Assembly: GCA_963772365.1 (NCBI GenBank) | Contig: CAVYXA010000005.1 | Coordinates: 160,001-224,000, forward strand | From: an uncultured Verrucomicrobiae bacterium | Lineage (GTDB): Bacteria > Verrucomicrobiota > Verrucomicrobiia > Chthoniobacterales > UBA10450 | DNA: 64,000 nucleotides | Reading direction: 5' to 3' | In this document: in pieces, positions 1 through 9,628 of the stretch | Layout of the letters: the number at the start of each line of letters is the position of its first letter | Position numbering within the stretch: position 1 is the first letter of the stretch | Program-made: the position numbers and the translations under genes | Notes under the pieces: model-generated | The model's database searches: none | The model's input: the letters and a program-made list of their open reading frames with translations, nothing else | What the model was told of the DNA's origin: nothing

Positions 1-283
1 CACCATGTTCGAGAAAGTGAATGTCCCAGTCCTCGGTCTCATCGAAAACATGAGCTATTTCGTCTGCCCGAGTGACGGCAAACGCTACGATATTTTCGGC
101 AGCGGCGGCGGGGAACGCGAAGCCAAACGCTTGCGGGTCCCGTTGCTCGGCCAAATCCCGATCGATATCGCCACTCGCGAAGCGGGTGATCGCGGAATGC
201 CGATTGTTGGCGAAGATCGACAATCGCCTGTCAGTGCGGAATTCCTGAAGATTGCAAAACGAATTCGGGAAATGATCGACTAG
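1..283 (+). CDS. Mrp/NBP35 (ApbC) ATP-binding Fe-S carrier protein, C-terminal part (truncated by window start)
   Basis: MFEKVNVPVLGLIENMSYFVCP...DIFGSGGG...LGQIPID is the typical Mrp C-terminal signature. Confidence 0.9.
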   Translation, partial: TMFEKVNVPVLGLIENMSYFVCPSDGKRYDIFGSGGGEREAKRLRVPLLGQIPIDIATREAGDRGMPIVGEDRQSPVSAEFLKIAKRIREMID

Positions 284-389
284 GGTGGAACGCGTTGTCC
301 TCAACGCCTTGGTGAACCTATGCGGCGGAGCCGCCTCACTAGCGCCTGCGGCGATTGTTTATCATCGCCTTCGGGGAAGCCGATCCACC
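284..389. repeat. Intergenic palindromic element with GGTGGA...TCCACC ends, copy 1
   Basis: Shares ggtggaacgcg, gcgcctgcggcg and gaagccgatccacc with 57800-57927. Confidence 0.7.
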
Positions 390-552
390 ATTTTCCAAAA
401 AAATCTTGCCGGGTGAAACGCGATCTCCGAGCGCGTTGCTACACCCTGCTTCGCCGAAAGCGACAAATCGATCAGACATCCATTTAAATAGGTATGCCCG
501 ATGCTTCGTCATATACTGACAAGCTGGTTTTTGTTGACCGGTTATCAGTTTT

Positions 553-792
553 ATGGAAAAAAATCCATCGATGCCCCAGATCAAGGAGGATAAGGCCGAG
601 CTGGTTAAGAACTCCGTCCTGTACAAGGAGTTCCTGGCCGAACGCGAGGAGATCCTGAAACACAAATGGATCGAGAGCGAAAAAGCCGGGAAAGACATCG
701 GCTTTGAAAAAGCTCTGCTCGATTGGATCGTGAAACATCGCTCCAATTGGCGAGATCGAAGAATGAAGGAGGCGCGCACCGAATCCCGATAG
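553..792 (+). CDS. Small conserved protein, DUF4032-like
   Basis: SVLYKEFLAEREEILKHKWIESEKAGKDIGFEKALLDW motif. Confidence 0.75.
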   Translation: MEKNPSMPQIKEDKAELVKNSVLYKEFLAEREEILKHKWIESEKAGKDIGFEKALLDWIVKHRSNWRDRRMKEARTESR

Positions 793-812
793 AGATCGGG
801 CCTAATTTTTTG

Positions 813-848
813 TTCCTTTAACGGCGATCCCGTGAGGTCGCCAAGGAG
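813..848 (+). promoter_or_regulatory. PyrR-binding RNA stem-loop overlapping the pyrR ribosome-binding site
   Basis: TCCTTTAA-CGGCGA-TCCCGTGAG-GTCGCC-AAGGAG matches the PyrR element pattern; ATG follows at 853. Confidence 0.8.
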
Positions 849-852
849 CGCA

Positions 853-1410
853 ATGAAAAACCAACCAGAAAAACTTACCGGCGGCCCGATGATGGACGGC
901 GCCGCCATCGAACGCGGCCTGCGGCGTGTCGCGCACGAAATCATCGAGCGCAATCCGGATTTGCGATCGGTCGTGCTGGCCGGGATACCTTCGCGTGGTG
1001 TCGAGATCGCGCGTCGCATCGCCGAATTCATTCACGGAATCGAGAAGATTGAGGTCGACTCCGGCATCATCGATGTCGCGATGCATCGCGACGATGTCGG
1101 GACGCGCGCCGAACTGCCGGTAGTGCACGAATCCAAACTGCCGGTGCCGCTGGAGGGACGGACAGTAATCATTGTCGATGATGTTCTCTTTACCGGACGC
1201 ACCGTGCGCGCCGCCATGGATGCGATCAGTTCGTTCGGACGCCCAGCGCGCATTCAATTGGCCGTTTTGATCGACCGCGGTCATCGCGAACTCCCGATCC
1301 GGCCCGATTACGTCGGTAAGAATTTGCCGACACGTCCCAATGAAAAAATCCATGTTCGGTTTCAGCAGACCGACAACGAACCCGATGCAGTTTTTCTAGT
1401 GCGAACATGA
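853..1410 (+). CDS. pyrR: Pyrimidine operon regulator / uracil phosphoribosyltransferase
   Basis: [48 protein letters not shown] before ATG 853. Confidence 0.97.
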   Translation: MKNQPEKLTGGPMMDGAAIERGLRRVAHEIIERNPDLRSVVLAGIPSRGVEIARRIAEFIHGIEKIEVDSGIIDVAMHRDDVGTRAELPVVHESKLPVPLEGRTVIIVDDVLFTGRTVRAAMDAISSFGRPARIQLAVLIDRGHRELPIRPDYVGKNLPTRPNEKIHVRFQQTDNEPDAVFLVRT

Positions 1411-2336
1411 ACCCGCGCTGGACACGAAAAGATCTGCTCGGCCTGCGCGAACTTTCGGCCGAGGAAATCAATTTCATTCTGGAAACAGCCGATGCTTTCA
1501 AACAGGTCGGGACTCGCGAGATCAAAAAAGTCCCCGCTTTGCGCGGCAAGACGCTGGTCAATTTCTTTGTCGAACCCAGCACGCGCACGCGCATTTCGTT
1601 CGAGCTGGCCGCGCTACGCTTGAGCGCGGATGTCATCAACATTTCTGCCGCCACCTCAAGTCTTACTAAAGGCGAATCGCTCAAAGACACTGCGCGAAAT
1701 CTCGAAGCGCTCCTCACCGACATCATTGTCTTGCGCCACAGCTCCGCAGGTGCGCCGCAATTTCTGGCAAGTCGCTTGAAAGCCAGCGTGATCAATGCCG
1801 GCGACGGCGCCCATGAGCATCCGACTCAAGCGCTGCTCGATCTTTACACCATCCGCGAGAAACGCGGAACCATCGCCGGACTGCACGTTCTAATCATCGG
1901 CGACATTCTCTTTAGCCGCGTCGCTCGCTCGAATATTTTCGGTCTCACTAAATTGGGCGCCCGCGTGACGCTGGTCGGGCCGACCACGATTGTCCCGCGT
2001 GAATTTGAAAAACTCGGGGTCGCGATTTCGCACAACATCGACAAGGTTCTGCCCAACGCTGACGTGGTGAATCTTTTGCGGATCCAGCATGAGCGTCAGC
2101 GCAAGGAATATTTCCCGGGGATTGGCGAGTATCGGACCCTGTTCGGACTGACCAAGGAACGAGCCAAGCTTCTGAAACCGGATTGCCTGATCATGCATCC
2201 GGGCCCGATCAATCGCGGTGTCGAGATCGACAGCGACATCGCCGATGGCCCACAAAGTGTAATCCTCGATCAGGTCACCAACGGCCTCGCTGTTCGCATG
2301 GCTGTTCTCTATTTGTGCGGAGGTATCGCGACATGA
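1407..2336 (+). CDS. pyrB: Aspartate carbamoyltransferase catalytic subunit
   Basis: [40 protein letters not shown]. Confidence 0.98.
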   Translation: MNPRWTRKDLLGLRELSAEEINFILETADAFKQVGTREIKKVPALRGKTLVNFFVEPSTRTRISFELAALRLSADVINISAATSSLTKGESLKDTARNLEALLTDIIVLRHSSAGAPQFLASRLKASVINAGDGAHEHPTQALLDLYTIREKRGTIAGLHVLIIGDILFSRVARSNIFGLTKLGARVTLVGPTTIVPREFEKLGVAISHNIDKVLPNADVVNLLRIQHERQRKEYFPGIGEYRTLFGLTKERAKLLKPDCLIMHPGPINRGVEIDSDIADGPQSVILDQVTNGLAVRMAVLYLCGGIAT

Positions 2337-2358
2337 CAGATTTCCAAGTCAGCGATCT

Positions 2359-2515
2359 GGGTAGCGCACTCATTCTGAGTGCTGGTGATCGCATCCTGCG
2401 ATCACGAACTTTTCCCGAAAATCAACAAGCGCGTTTCGCGACTACAGCGACTACATTTAACAAAAGCTCTTCGCCGCAAAATGCGGCGACCAGCATGCTG
2501 CAAGCGTGCGCTCCC
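2359..2515. repeat. REPIN-like inverted repeat pair between pyrB and pyrC
   Basis: gggtagcgcac...gctggtgatcgcatcctgcgatcacgaacttt pairs imperfectly with aaagctcttcgccgcaaaatgcggcgaccagc...gtgcgctccc; each arm has internal hairpins. Confidence 0.7.
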
Positions 2516-2520
2516 CTGCC

Positions 2521-3807
2521 ATGAACGCGACCGTTCTCCGCAACGGACGTATCATTGATCCCACGAACCAGCGTGATGAAGTTGGCGATGTTGGGATCGT
2601 CGATGGCCGAATTGTCGATCAATCCGAAGTCCGACGCACGAAAACCGAAACTGAAGAGATTGATGCCAGCGGATTGATCGTCGCGCCAGGGCTCATCGAC
2701 ATGCACGTGCATCTGCGCGAGCCGGGATTTTCTCACAAGGAAACGATCGAATCTGGTGCGCGTGCGGCAGCTGCGGGCGGATTCACCACGATCGTATGTA
2801 TGCCGAATACGTCGCCTGCCGCGGATAATCCAAGCACGATCGCCTGGATCAGAGATCGTGCGGCTCAAACTGCTTGCGTCAACGTGGTACCCACCGGCGC
2901 GATTTCTAAAAATATTGCCGGCGAAGAACTGGCGCCGATTGGATCCCTTGGCCGGGCCGGTGTGGTCGCAATCACTGACGATGGTCATTGCATTCAAAGC
3001 AATGAAGTGATGGGACGCGCGGTGGAATATGCGCGCATGGTTGGTCTGCCGGTCCTCGATCATTGCCAAGATTACAACCTGGTCGGCAATGGTGTCGTAA
3101 ATGAGGGCTTCTGGAGCACGCTCCTCGGGTTACCCGGCTGGCCGGCGGCCGGGGAGGAATCCATCGTGACTCGCAACGTCCTGCTCGCGGCAAATTACGA
3201 TCATCACATTCATTGTCAGCACATCAGCGCGGCCGGAAGCGTACGCTTGATCCGCGAAGCGCGAGCGCGCGGCGTTAAAGTCAGCGGCGAAGTTTGCCCG
3301 CATCACATTGCATTAACGGATGAAGCGATTCAGAATTTCGATACGAACTTTAAGATGAATCCGCCTCTGCGAACACAAGCGGATGTCGATGCAATTCTGG
3401 ACGGAATCGCCGATGGGACGCTATCGATCCTGTGTTCCGATCACGCGCCCCATGCCGGGTTTGAAAAGGAAGTAGAGTTCGATCAGGCGCCGTTTGGAAT
3501 CATCGGGCTCGAGACTGAACTCGCATTATTTATCGATCTGCTCGTCCACAAACATCGCAAGATCGACATCGTCCGCCTGATCGAGATATACACGGTTGAA
3601 CCGGCCAAATTATTGAAACTTGATGCCGGCACTTTGTCGGTCGGGGCGCGAGCCGATGTTACGCTGATTAATCCGGATCTGGAATGGACCGTTAGCATCG
3701 ACAATTTTCAATCTCTTTCGCGCAACTCGCCTTTCGATGGCTGGAAACTCAAAGGCCGCGCCGTGCGGACAATCGTGGGCGGAAAGACGGTGTGGCAGTT
3801 GCGTTAA
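2521..3807 (+). CDS. pyrC: Dihydroorotase
   Basis: PGLIDMHVHLREPG, KMNPPLR, SDHAPH; follows pyrB. Confidence 0.96.
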   Translation: MNATVLRNGRIIDPTNQRDEVGDVGIVDGRIVDQSEVRRTKTETEEIDASGLIVAPGLIDMHVHLREPGFSHKETIESGARAAAAGGFTTIVCMPNTSPAADNPSTIAWIRDRAAQTACVNVVPTGAISKNIAGEELAPIGSLGRAGVVAITDDGHCIQSNEVMGRAVEYARMVGLPVLDHCQDYNLVGNGVVNEGFWSTLLGLPGWPAAGEESIVTRNVLLAANYDHHIHCQHISAAGSVRLIREARARGVKVSGEVCPHHIALTDEAIQNFDTNFKMNPPLRTQADVDAILDGIADGTLSILCSDHAPHAGFEKEVEFDQAPFGIIGLETELALFIDLLVHKHRKIDIVRLIEIYTVEPAKLLKLDAGTLSVGARADVTLINPDLEWTVSIDNFQSLSRNSPFDGWKLKGRAVRTIVGGKTVWQLR

Positions 3808-3822
3808 TTAGCGCACCTACCT

Positions 3823-4272
3823 TCAGGCGACGTATCCGCCGTGGATGTAGCTCTCGAGATGCTCGATCGCCGCGCTCTGACAGGAAATGATGTGTTTGAC
3901 CAGGTCGCCGATTGAAATGACACCGACGACGGTATCACCGTCCACCACCGGCAAATGCCGGATGCGTTTGTCCGTCATCAGCCGCAGGCATTGGTCAACC
4001 CCTTCGCAAGGATGAGTCGTAGACACATCGGTAGACATGATCTCAGCGACTTTCGTTTGGCGCGATCGTTTCCCGCGCAGGAAAACCTTGCGGGTGTAGT
4101 CGCGTTCCGAGATGATTCCCACCAGTTTCTTTCCCTCCATCACCAGTAATGCTCCGACATTTTTTCCGTCCATCATTTCGATTGCCTCGAAGACGGTGGA
4201 ATCAGGCGAGATAGAAAAAACGTTACCGTCTTTCTGGTTCAGAATGGCACCGATATGTCCGCTCACGTCCAT
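3823..4272 (-). CDS. CBS domain-containing protein
   Basis: VGALLV...GIISERDY and RIRHLPVV...GVISIGDLVK (CBS pair). Confidence 0.93.
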   Translation of the reverse strand: MDVSGHIGAILNQKDGNVFSISPDSTVFEAIEMMDGKNVGALLVMEGKKLVGIISERDYTRKVFLRGKRSRQTKVAEIMSTDVSTTHPCEGVDQCLRLMTDKRIRHLPVVDGDTVVGVISIGDLVKHIISCQSAAIEHLESYIHGGYVA

Positions 4273-4395
4273 ATCAAATTGGATAGCGTCAGAGAATACG
4301 TCCGAAGCATTGAGGGACGCAATCCAATTCTCGCGTCGGCTAATCTTGGGAGAACAGTGCTTCCGGAGGCAATCCCTTGAGCGGCAGTGCAGATT

Positions 4396-4829
4396 TTAAC
4401 AGGTCAAGCAGACTTCCTCGCACCACGCTTTAGTGCGCTCGCGAATCTGGTCTCGAATCTTCCGTGTGCCTTCCAGTCTCCGCGCCCGGGTTCCACTCAG
4501 CGCTGCCGGATCCGCAAAGTTCCAGTGTAAACGCATGGTTACGCCGGGAAATATCGGACAACGCTCCGCGTTGCTCTCGTCACATACGGTAATCACATAG
4601 GAAAAAAGTTCGCCCGATTTGAAGAGATCGAAAACCGATTGGGTCCGGTTTTTGGAAATGTCGATTCCAACTTCGGCCATGGCTTCAATAGCCAGGGGGT
4701 TAAGCGTTCCCGGTTCAAGGCCGGCGCTGTGTACTTCAAACTTGTCGCCACAGATCTGGTTCAGGAACGCCTCCGCCATTTGGCTGCGTGCGCTGTTCTG
4801 GACACAGATAAACAACACTTTTTTTTCAT
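4396..4829 (-). CDS. arsC: Arsenate reductase / LMW phosphatase family; apparent 1-nt deletion in an A8 run just after the start
   Basis: [14 protein letters not shown]-loop, [21 protein letters not shown] 4829 overlaps the upstream stop but is out of frame by one A (MKKKVLF expected). Confidence 0.85.
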
Positions 4830-5683
4830 GAGGTGATTAGTCTCGGGGAACAGGCAATTTTTGTCGGTGGTTCGCCATCAACGGACGTCGAAAATGGGTT
4901 GTAATGTACAAGCTCAACACGGCCGTCATAGTGCTCTACCAGAGTCGAGCAACTTTCCACCCAATCGCCACAATTGTAATAAATGACCTCGCCAAAGCGT
5001 CGAATGGCAGCGTTGTGAATATGACCGCAAAGAACGGCATCTACCGAAAATTGCCGGGCGTAACGGATGATTTCCTCCTCGAAGCGACCAATAAAACTTA
5101 CCGCGTCTTTCACCCGCTTTTTTGCATAAGCGCTGAGCGACCAGTAACCGAGACCAAAGCGTCTCCGGACAAGATTGATGAACGGGTTTAGCGAAAGCAA
5201 AAACTGATAGCCAATGTCGCCGAGAAATGCGAGCCACTTTGCGTTCTGGACGACAGTATCGAGCTCGTGGCCGTGAATAATCAGGATGCGCTCGCCTATT
5301 GCAGTCTCGTGAATCGTATTAGCGCTTATCTCGATATTGCCGTAGCTGCCTATGAAATCCGCAACCAGCTCGTCGTGATTTCCTGGAATGTAAACCACGC
5401 GCGTGCCTTTTCTGGCCTTGCGCAGGATTTTTTGAATTACATCGTTGTGCTGCTGTGGCCAGTAACGTCCGCGCCGCATCGACCAGATATCGATTAAATC
5501 GCCAACGACATACAGGTTGTCGAAATCGTAATCGCGGAGGAATTGGAGCAGCGCCATGGCATTGCTCGTTCGCGTGCCGAGATGAATGTCGGATATCCAG
5601 GCGGTTCGAACGCGTTTTGCCGGCCCGACTGGATCTGGCGGCGCTTCGAATGAAAAACGGGGCTCGACACTTAGGATCGACAT
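4826..5683 (-). CDS. UDP-2,3-diacylglucosamine diphosphatase-like metallophosphoesterase
   Basis: ISDIHLG, VGDLID, PGNHD, IHG, CGHIH, NCGDWVE motifs. Confidence 0.9.
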   Translation of the reverse strand: MSILSVEPRFSFEAPPDPVGPAKRVRTAWISDIHLGTRTSNAMALLQFLRDYDFDNLYVVGDLIDIWSMRRGRYWPQQHNDVIQKILRKARKGTRVVYIPGNHDELVADFIGSYGNIEISANTIHETAIGERILIIHGHELDTVVQNAKWLAFLGDIGYQFLLSLNPFINLVRRRFGLGYWSLSAYAKKRVKDAVSFIGRFEEEIIRYARQFSVDAVLCGHIHNAAIRRFGEVIYYNCGDWVESCSTLVEHYDGRVELVHYNPFSTSVDGEPPTKIACSPRLITS

Positions 5684-5706
5684 GTTACCGAAGGAATTGT
5701 TGAATA

Positions 5707-5743
5707 GAAAGCCCGCCGAGGACGCGCTCCCCGGCGGGCTTTC
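5707..5743 (-). terminator. Intrinsic terminator-like hairpin downstream of the porin gene
   Basis: gaaagcccgccg...cggcgggctttc perfect 12-bp stem. Confidence 0.7.
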
Positions 5744-5809
5744 GTTGACCTAACCCGTTAAGCTCTAGTAATCCGATCAGAATTTGAACTGGTTGAGAAT
5801 TAGTGGTGC

Positions 5810-7351
5810 CTAGAATTTCACGCTCAGATCGGCTTGGAATAACTGGTATTTATCCAGCGGATTGATGCCGATATCGCCCGCTCCACCGGTGCCAAGGGCT
5901 TCATCCACCCGCCACGCATAGGCGTAAGTGAGTTTGAATGTGATCGCATCGGCGAGGTTGTAAGCGGCCGAGGCGACCAGCCCTTCCATATTGACGCGAG
6001 CGTCGAACAGATCTGAGTCCACCAGGTTGGGATCGAGAGCGTATTGCTCGGTGTGCTGCCACCAACCTTTCAGTTCCCAGTCATTTTTTTTCTTCAACTG
6101 ACCGACGCCCACGCCTCCCAGATAGGCATAACGCTGATCTCCCTTGTCCGGATGGAAAGCCGCGGTGGCGCGATCGTCGCCGTCGAAATTCACCGCAAAA
6201 TCCCCAAAAACACGCATCGGCAATTTACCAAGCTTCCATCCGAATTCGCCCGGCACATCAAAGACCAAAAGGCTGTTTACCCCGGTTTGGTTGAATCCCG
6301 GATCACCCACGTAATGGGTATAGAACGTATCACCGGTTCCGGTGTAATTATAAATGGTAGGCGCAAGCTGGAAGTAAAACTTCTTCGGAAAATCAAACTT
6401 CGCTCCCACCTGCCAGCCGAGCAGGAACGCATCGGTATTCGGCACTCCGGACGGCCGCGGCCCGATCGGGTTTTCCGGATTTGAGTCGTCGTAAACGAAT
6501 TGCCCGAAATTGGCGAAGACGTCGATCTTAAGCATCGGTTCGGCCGGAGCAGGAGCAACGACACCCTTTCCATCCTTGCTATACGATTCCATCGGCACGG
6601 CCTCGCCGCCGATTGCGAAGGTGTGCTTCCATTGTTCCGCCAGACCTTCGGGGTTAATGTCGTCATCCCAAACCAGGTCAGTAAAGACAAACGGGATCGG
6701 CATTCGCCCGGCGGTCAGAGTGATGTCGCGAAATCCCTTGTAGCCGAGGTAGGCCTGACCAACGCTGATTCGATCGCTATCCTTCGAAAAAGGTCCGTTC
6801 ACCCCGGAATCATCGCCAAAGGTGATGTTCGTCGAACGTGGGCTGGTGCTCGTCTCCAGACGCAATCCAAAGAACCAGTCGTCCGTCAATTTGCCTCTCA
6901 GCCCAAGGCGGACGCGATAGCGTTCACGCTTGCGCTCCAGCCAATCACTTGGATTGAAGAAATCATCCGATGGCAGCCTGCCGCCACGATATTCGTAACG
7001 AACGCGAGCATCGCCATAAAGTTCCAGCTCGGTCAGCGGGGTTGAGAGTTTCCATTTCTCGGCACTGGTCTTTTCAACGGGAACGCTTTTTTCCACGTAT
7101 GTTTTTCCGTCATACGTCGTTTGCGTTTTCATCGGCCCTTCGGCGGGAGCGGCCGGGCCTGATACCGCGTGCTTTCTTAAGCTATGGACTTCCGCTTCCA
7201 ATTCGGCGTTCCGTTTTTGCAATTGATCGACCGCGCGCTCGAGCTTTTCGAGGCGCTCGGAATCGGATGGTGTCTCACCGTGTAATGGTTGCAGAGCCAG
7301 TAAGGCAATGGCGGCGAAAACGCCGCTTTTTAATACAAAGCATTTGTTCAT
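5810..7351 (-). CDS. Putative outer-membrane porin
   Basis: Signal peptide, coiled coil (ERLEKLERAVDQLQKRN), GDARVRYEYR, R-x-R-x-RLG, C-terminal beta signal DLSVKF. Confidence 0.85.
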   Translation of the reverse strand: MNKCFVLKSGVFAAIALLALQPLHGETPSDSERLEKLERAVDQLQKRNAELEAEVHSLRKHAVSGPAAPAEGPMKTQTTYDGKTYVEKSVPVEKTSAEKWKLSTPLTELELYGDARVRYEYRGGRLPSDDFFNPSDWLERKRERYRVRLGLRGKLTDDWFFGLRLETSTSPRSTNITFGDDSGVNGPFSKDSDRISVGQAYLGYKGFRDITLTAGRMPIPFVFTDLVWDDDINPEGLAEQWKHTFAIGGEAVPMESYSKDGKGVVAPAPAEPMLKIDVFANFGQFVYDDSNPENPIGPRPSGVPNTDAFLLGWQVGAKFDFPKKFYFQLAPTIYNYTGTGDTFYTHYVGDPGFNQTGVNSLLVFDVPGEFGWKLGKLPMRVFGDFAVNFDGDDRATAAFHPDKGDQRYAYLGGVGVGQLKKKNDWELKGWWQHTEQYALDPNLVDSDLFDARVNMEGLVASAAYNLADAITFKLTYAYAWRVDEALGTGGAGDIGINPLDKYQLFQADLSVKF

Positions 7352-7548
7352 GGATCTGATTCTTTCTTCTTGGGTTGAGGTGATTAGGCTGATGCAATTG
7401 CCAGCTCGGGACGCCGTGCTCCCACGTCCCAAGCCAGTATGCGGGCGGAGCCTAGAATGCGATTGTTACAGTTTGATGACGCTCAGGTGACGATTCCGAA
7501 AATTTTTCCGGATGCCCGGCATCCAGAAAACTGAGACTATTCGAATCG

Positions 7549-7953
7549 TTAGGGCTGCGTGCCTGTCGGCGAAGCGGTCGCCGTTTCTGCTGGTGATTGC
7601 GAAGACTGTGGATTGCTCGCCGAAGGAGAAACTGCGGGAGCAGCAGGCGAAGGAGAAATGGACGGCGCGCCTTGAGTTTTTTCCAGCTCACGTCGAAGCG
7701 CTCTTTGCCCGACGCTTTTGTGAGCATACAGAATCGACAAGGCAAAGGTCAGCACGAAAAAGATCCCAGCCAGCCAGGCCGTGATTTTCGTGAGCACATT
7801 CGTCGTTTGCGCACCGAAGATGTTTTCCGTCACCGCTCCGCCAAATGCCGCCCCCAGGCCTTCGCTTTTCGGCCGCTGCATCAGGACCACAAGCACCAGG
7901 AGAAGGGAAACGAGAACAAAAATGGCGAGCAATAAATTCGTCAGAATCGACAT
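7549..7953 (-). CDS. secG: Preprotein translocase subunit SecG
   Basis: VLMQRPKSEGLGAAFGG, two TM helices, Pro/Ser-rich tail. Confidence 0.93.
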   Translation of the reverse strand: MSILTNLLLAIFVLVSLLLVLVVLMQRPKSEGLGAAFGGAVTENIFGAQTTNVLTKITAWLAGIFFVLTFALSILYAHKSVGQRALRRELEKTQGAPSISPSPAAPAVSPSASNPQSSQSPAETATASPTGTQP

Positions 7954-7976
7954 CGGGACGGGCAATATGCCAAGTA

Positions 7977-8004
7977 AATGACGAATGTCGAATAACGAAT
8001 GCCG
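7977..8004. repeat. Four degenerate 7-nt tandem units (AATGACG-like)
   Basis: aatgacg aatgtcg aataacg aatgccg. Confidence 0.65.
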
Positions 8005-8041
8005 GAAGAGACAGCCGCTGGTTCCAGCTGATCATTTGCCA

Positions 8042-8812
8042 CTAAACTCTTCTCATTTTCACCTGATTCCAAATCGCGTCCAGCTCGGCAAGATCGACAT
8101 CGCCCAGCCGTTTGCCTCGTGCTTGAAGCTCATCCTCGAGGCGGTTGAAGCGGGCGACGAACTTGTCCGTAGCTTTTTGGAGCGCGGCCTCGGCATCGAT
8201 GTTGCATTTGCGGGAAAGATTCGTCACGGCGAACAGCAGATCGCCAATCTCGTCTTCCATTGCTTCCCGGATCTGTGAGTCAATGGCTGCTCGGGTCTCC
8301 TTCATTTCTTCCTCAACCTTTGCCTGCACGTCGCGAATTTCTTTCCAATCAAAATTCACCCGGGCGACTTTCTTTTGCGCTTTTTCTGCACGGACCAGCG
8401 CCGGCAATGCATCGGGAAGACTCGACAGATAATGCGTGTCGCTCTTTTTCTCCGAGCGCTTGATCGCTTCCCATTGCTTGATCACGGCGCTGCTGCCGCG
8501 CACATCGCTGGTCCCAAACACGTGCGGATGCCGGCGGATCAGTTTCTCCGTTACTTCCTCAATGACATTGTCGATGTTGAATTTTCCCTTTTCGCGGGCG
8601 ATCTCCGCATTCATAACGACGAGGAGAAGCAAATCGCCGAGCTCTTCTCGAAAATTTGCCGTGTCCTTTTTGCGAACAGCACCGGCTACCTCGTAAGCCT
8701 CCTCTATTAACGCCGGCAACAAAGATTCATGCGTCTGTTCCCGATCCCAGGGACAACCGCCCGGCGCGCGCAGCTTCGTCACGATCTCGCAGAGCTTCTC
8801 AAATGCAGTCAT
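8042..8812 (-). CDS. mazG: Nucleoside triphosphate pyrophosphohydrolase
   Basis: LRAPGGCPWDREQTH, EELGDLL, KLIRRHPHVFG, DEIGDLLF. Confidence 0.96.
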   Translation of the reverse strand: MTAFEKLCEIVTKLRAPGGCPWDREQTHESLLPALIEEAYEVAGAVRKKDTANFREELGDLLLLVVMNAEIAREKGKFNIDNVIEEVTEKLIRRHPHVFGTSDVRGSSAVIKQWEAIKRSEKKSDTHYLSSLPDALPALVRAEKAQKKVARVNFDWKEIRDVQAKVEEEMKETRAAIDSQIREAMEDEIGDLLFAVTNLSRKCNIDAEAALQKATDKFVARFNRLEDELQARGKRLGDVDLAELDAIWNQVKMRRV

Positions 8813-8845
8813 TCGGACAGAATCCCGTTGCACTGACCATCGAAG

Positions 8846-9565
8846 TTAAATCCGCCACAGCGAACGGTGGGTGCCGAATTCGGAAATCTCACCGGACGTT
8901 CTCTTGCTTACGTAAATGGTAATGCCAATGACGACGGCGAATGTTGCGACGAACACAAAAGCCACCAGCCAGGATGGGATGTGACCAACGCTCAGCGCGT
9001 GGTAGAAATCGGGTAACCCCTCCATTGCATGCGGAGCATGCAGAAAAATCTTCGTGATCCAGGCGATCAAAATCAGGATGAAAATGAAAACGTAATTTCT
9101 TTTCAACCGGCGCCCGATCGCTTCCAATTTGGTGATTTTAAAACTGGGAAGAATCAGATCTTCGCACACCAATTTCTTCCATTCGCCCTGAAGCATGTCG
9201 CGGTTTTCCATTATCATCGGCACCAGGAAATGAGCTTCCAGCATCCGGACCCGGGCCCGGAATGCATCGTAGAATCGGTATCGGCGCGCTTCGATCCAGA
9301 GCATTACCCAGACAATGGCAAGATTGAAAAAGAAGATGATGTGAGGCACTTCGGGAGCGGAAAACGCAATGGTAATGATGGCTGTGCTGCTGGTAATGGC
9401 CCAATTGGTGGTGATGTCGAGCCGTTGCCGCCAGACCATGATGCGCCCCAATTCACCGCGATAGAAATGTGACATGGCATTGACATATCCCGGGTCGTAA
9501 ACGCTGCGTTGCCAGGAGACGGTCGCTTCGTTCGTCAGATGATCGGGAGTATTTTCAGCTGCCAC
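8846..9565 (-). CDS. DUF2270 family membrane protein
   Basis: HFYRGELGR...WRQRLDITTNWA, IEARRYRFYD, RRLKRNY. Confidence 0.88.
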   Translation of the reverse strand: MAAENTPDHLTNEATVSWQRSVYDPGYVNAMSHFYRGELGRIMVWRQRLDITTNWAITSSTAIITIAFSAPEVPHIIFFFNLAIVWVMLWIEARRYRFYDAFRARVRMLEAHFLVPMIMENRDMLQGEWKKLVCEDLILPSFKITKLEAIGRRLKRNYVFIFILILIAWITKIFLHAPHAMEGLPDFYHALSVGHIPSWLVAFVFVATFAVVIGITIYVSKRTSGEISEFGTHRSLWRI

Positions 9566-9628
9566 GGTTCTCCGCTAATTGAATACCTACCTTTGCCCTG
9601 ATAATGCAATAAATCTCATCGTTCGAAA

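Noticed and set aside
339..1031. 230-aa minus-strand ORF and similar long antisense ORFs (e.g. 54155-55075, 28470-29288, 22222-23022)
   Set aside because: They overlap well-supported genes on the other strand, as expected in GC-rich DNA.
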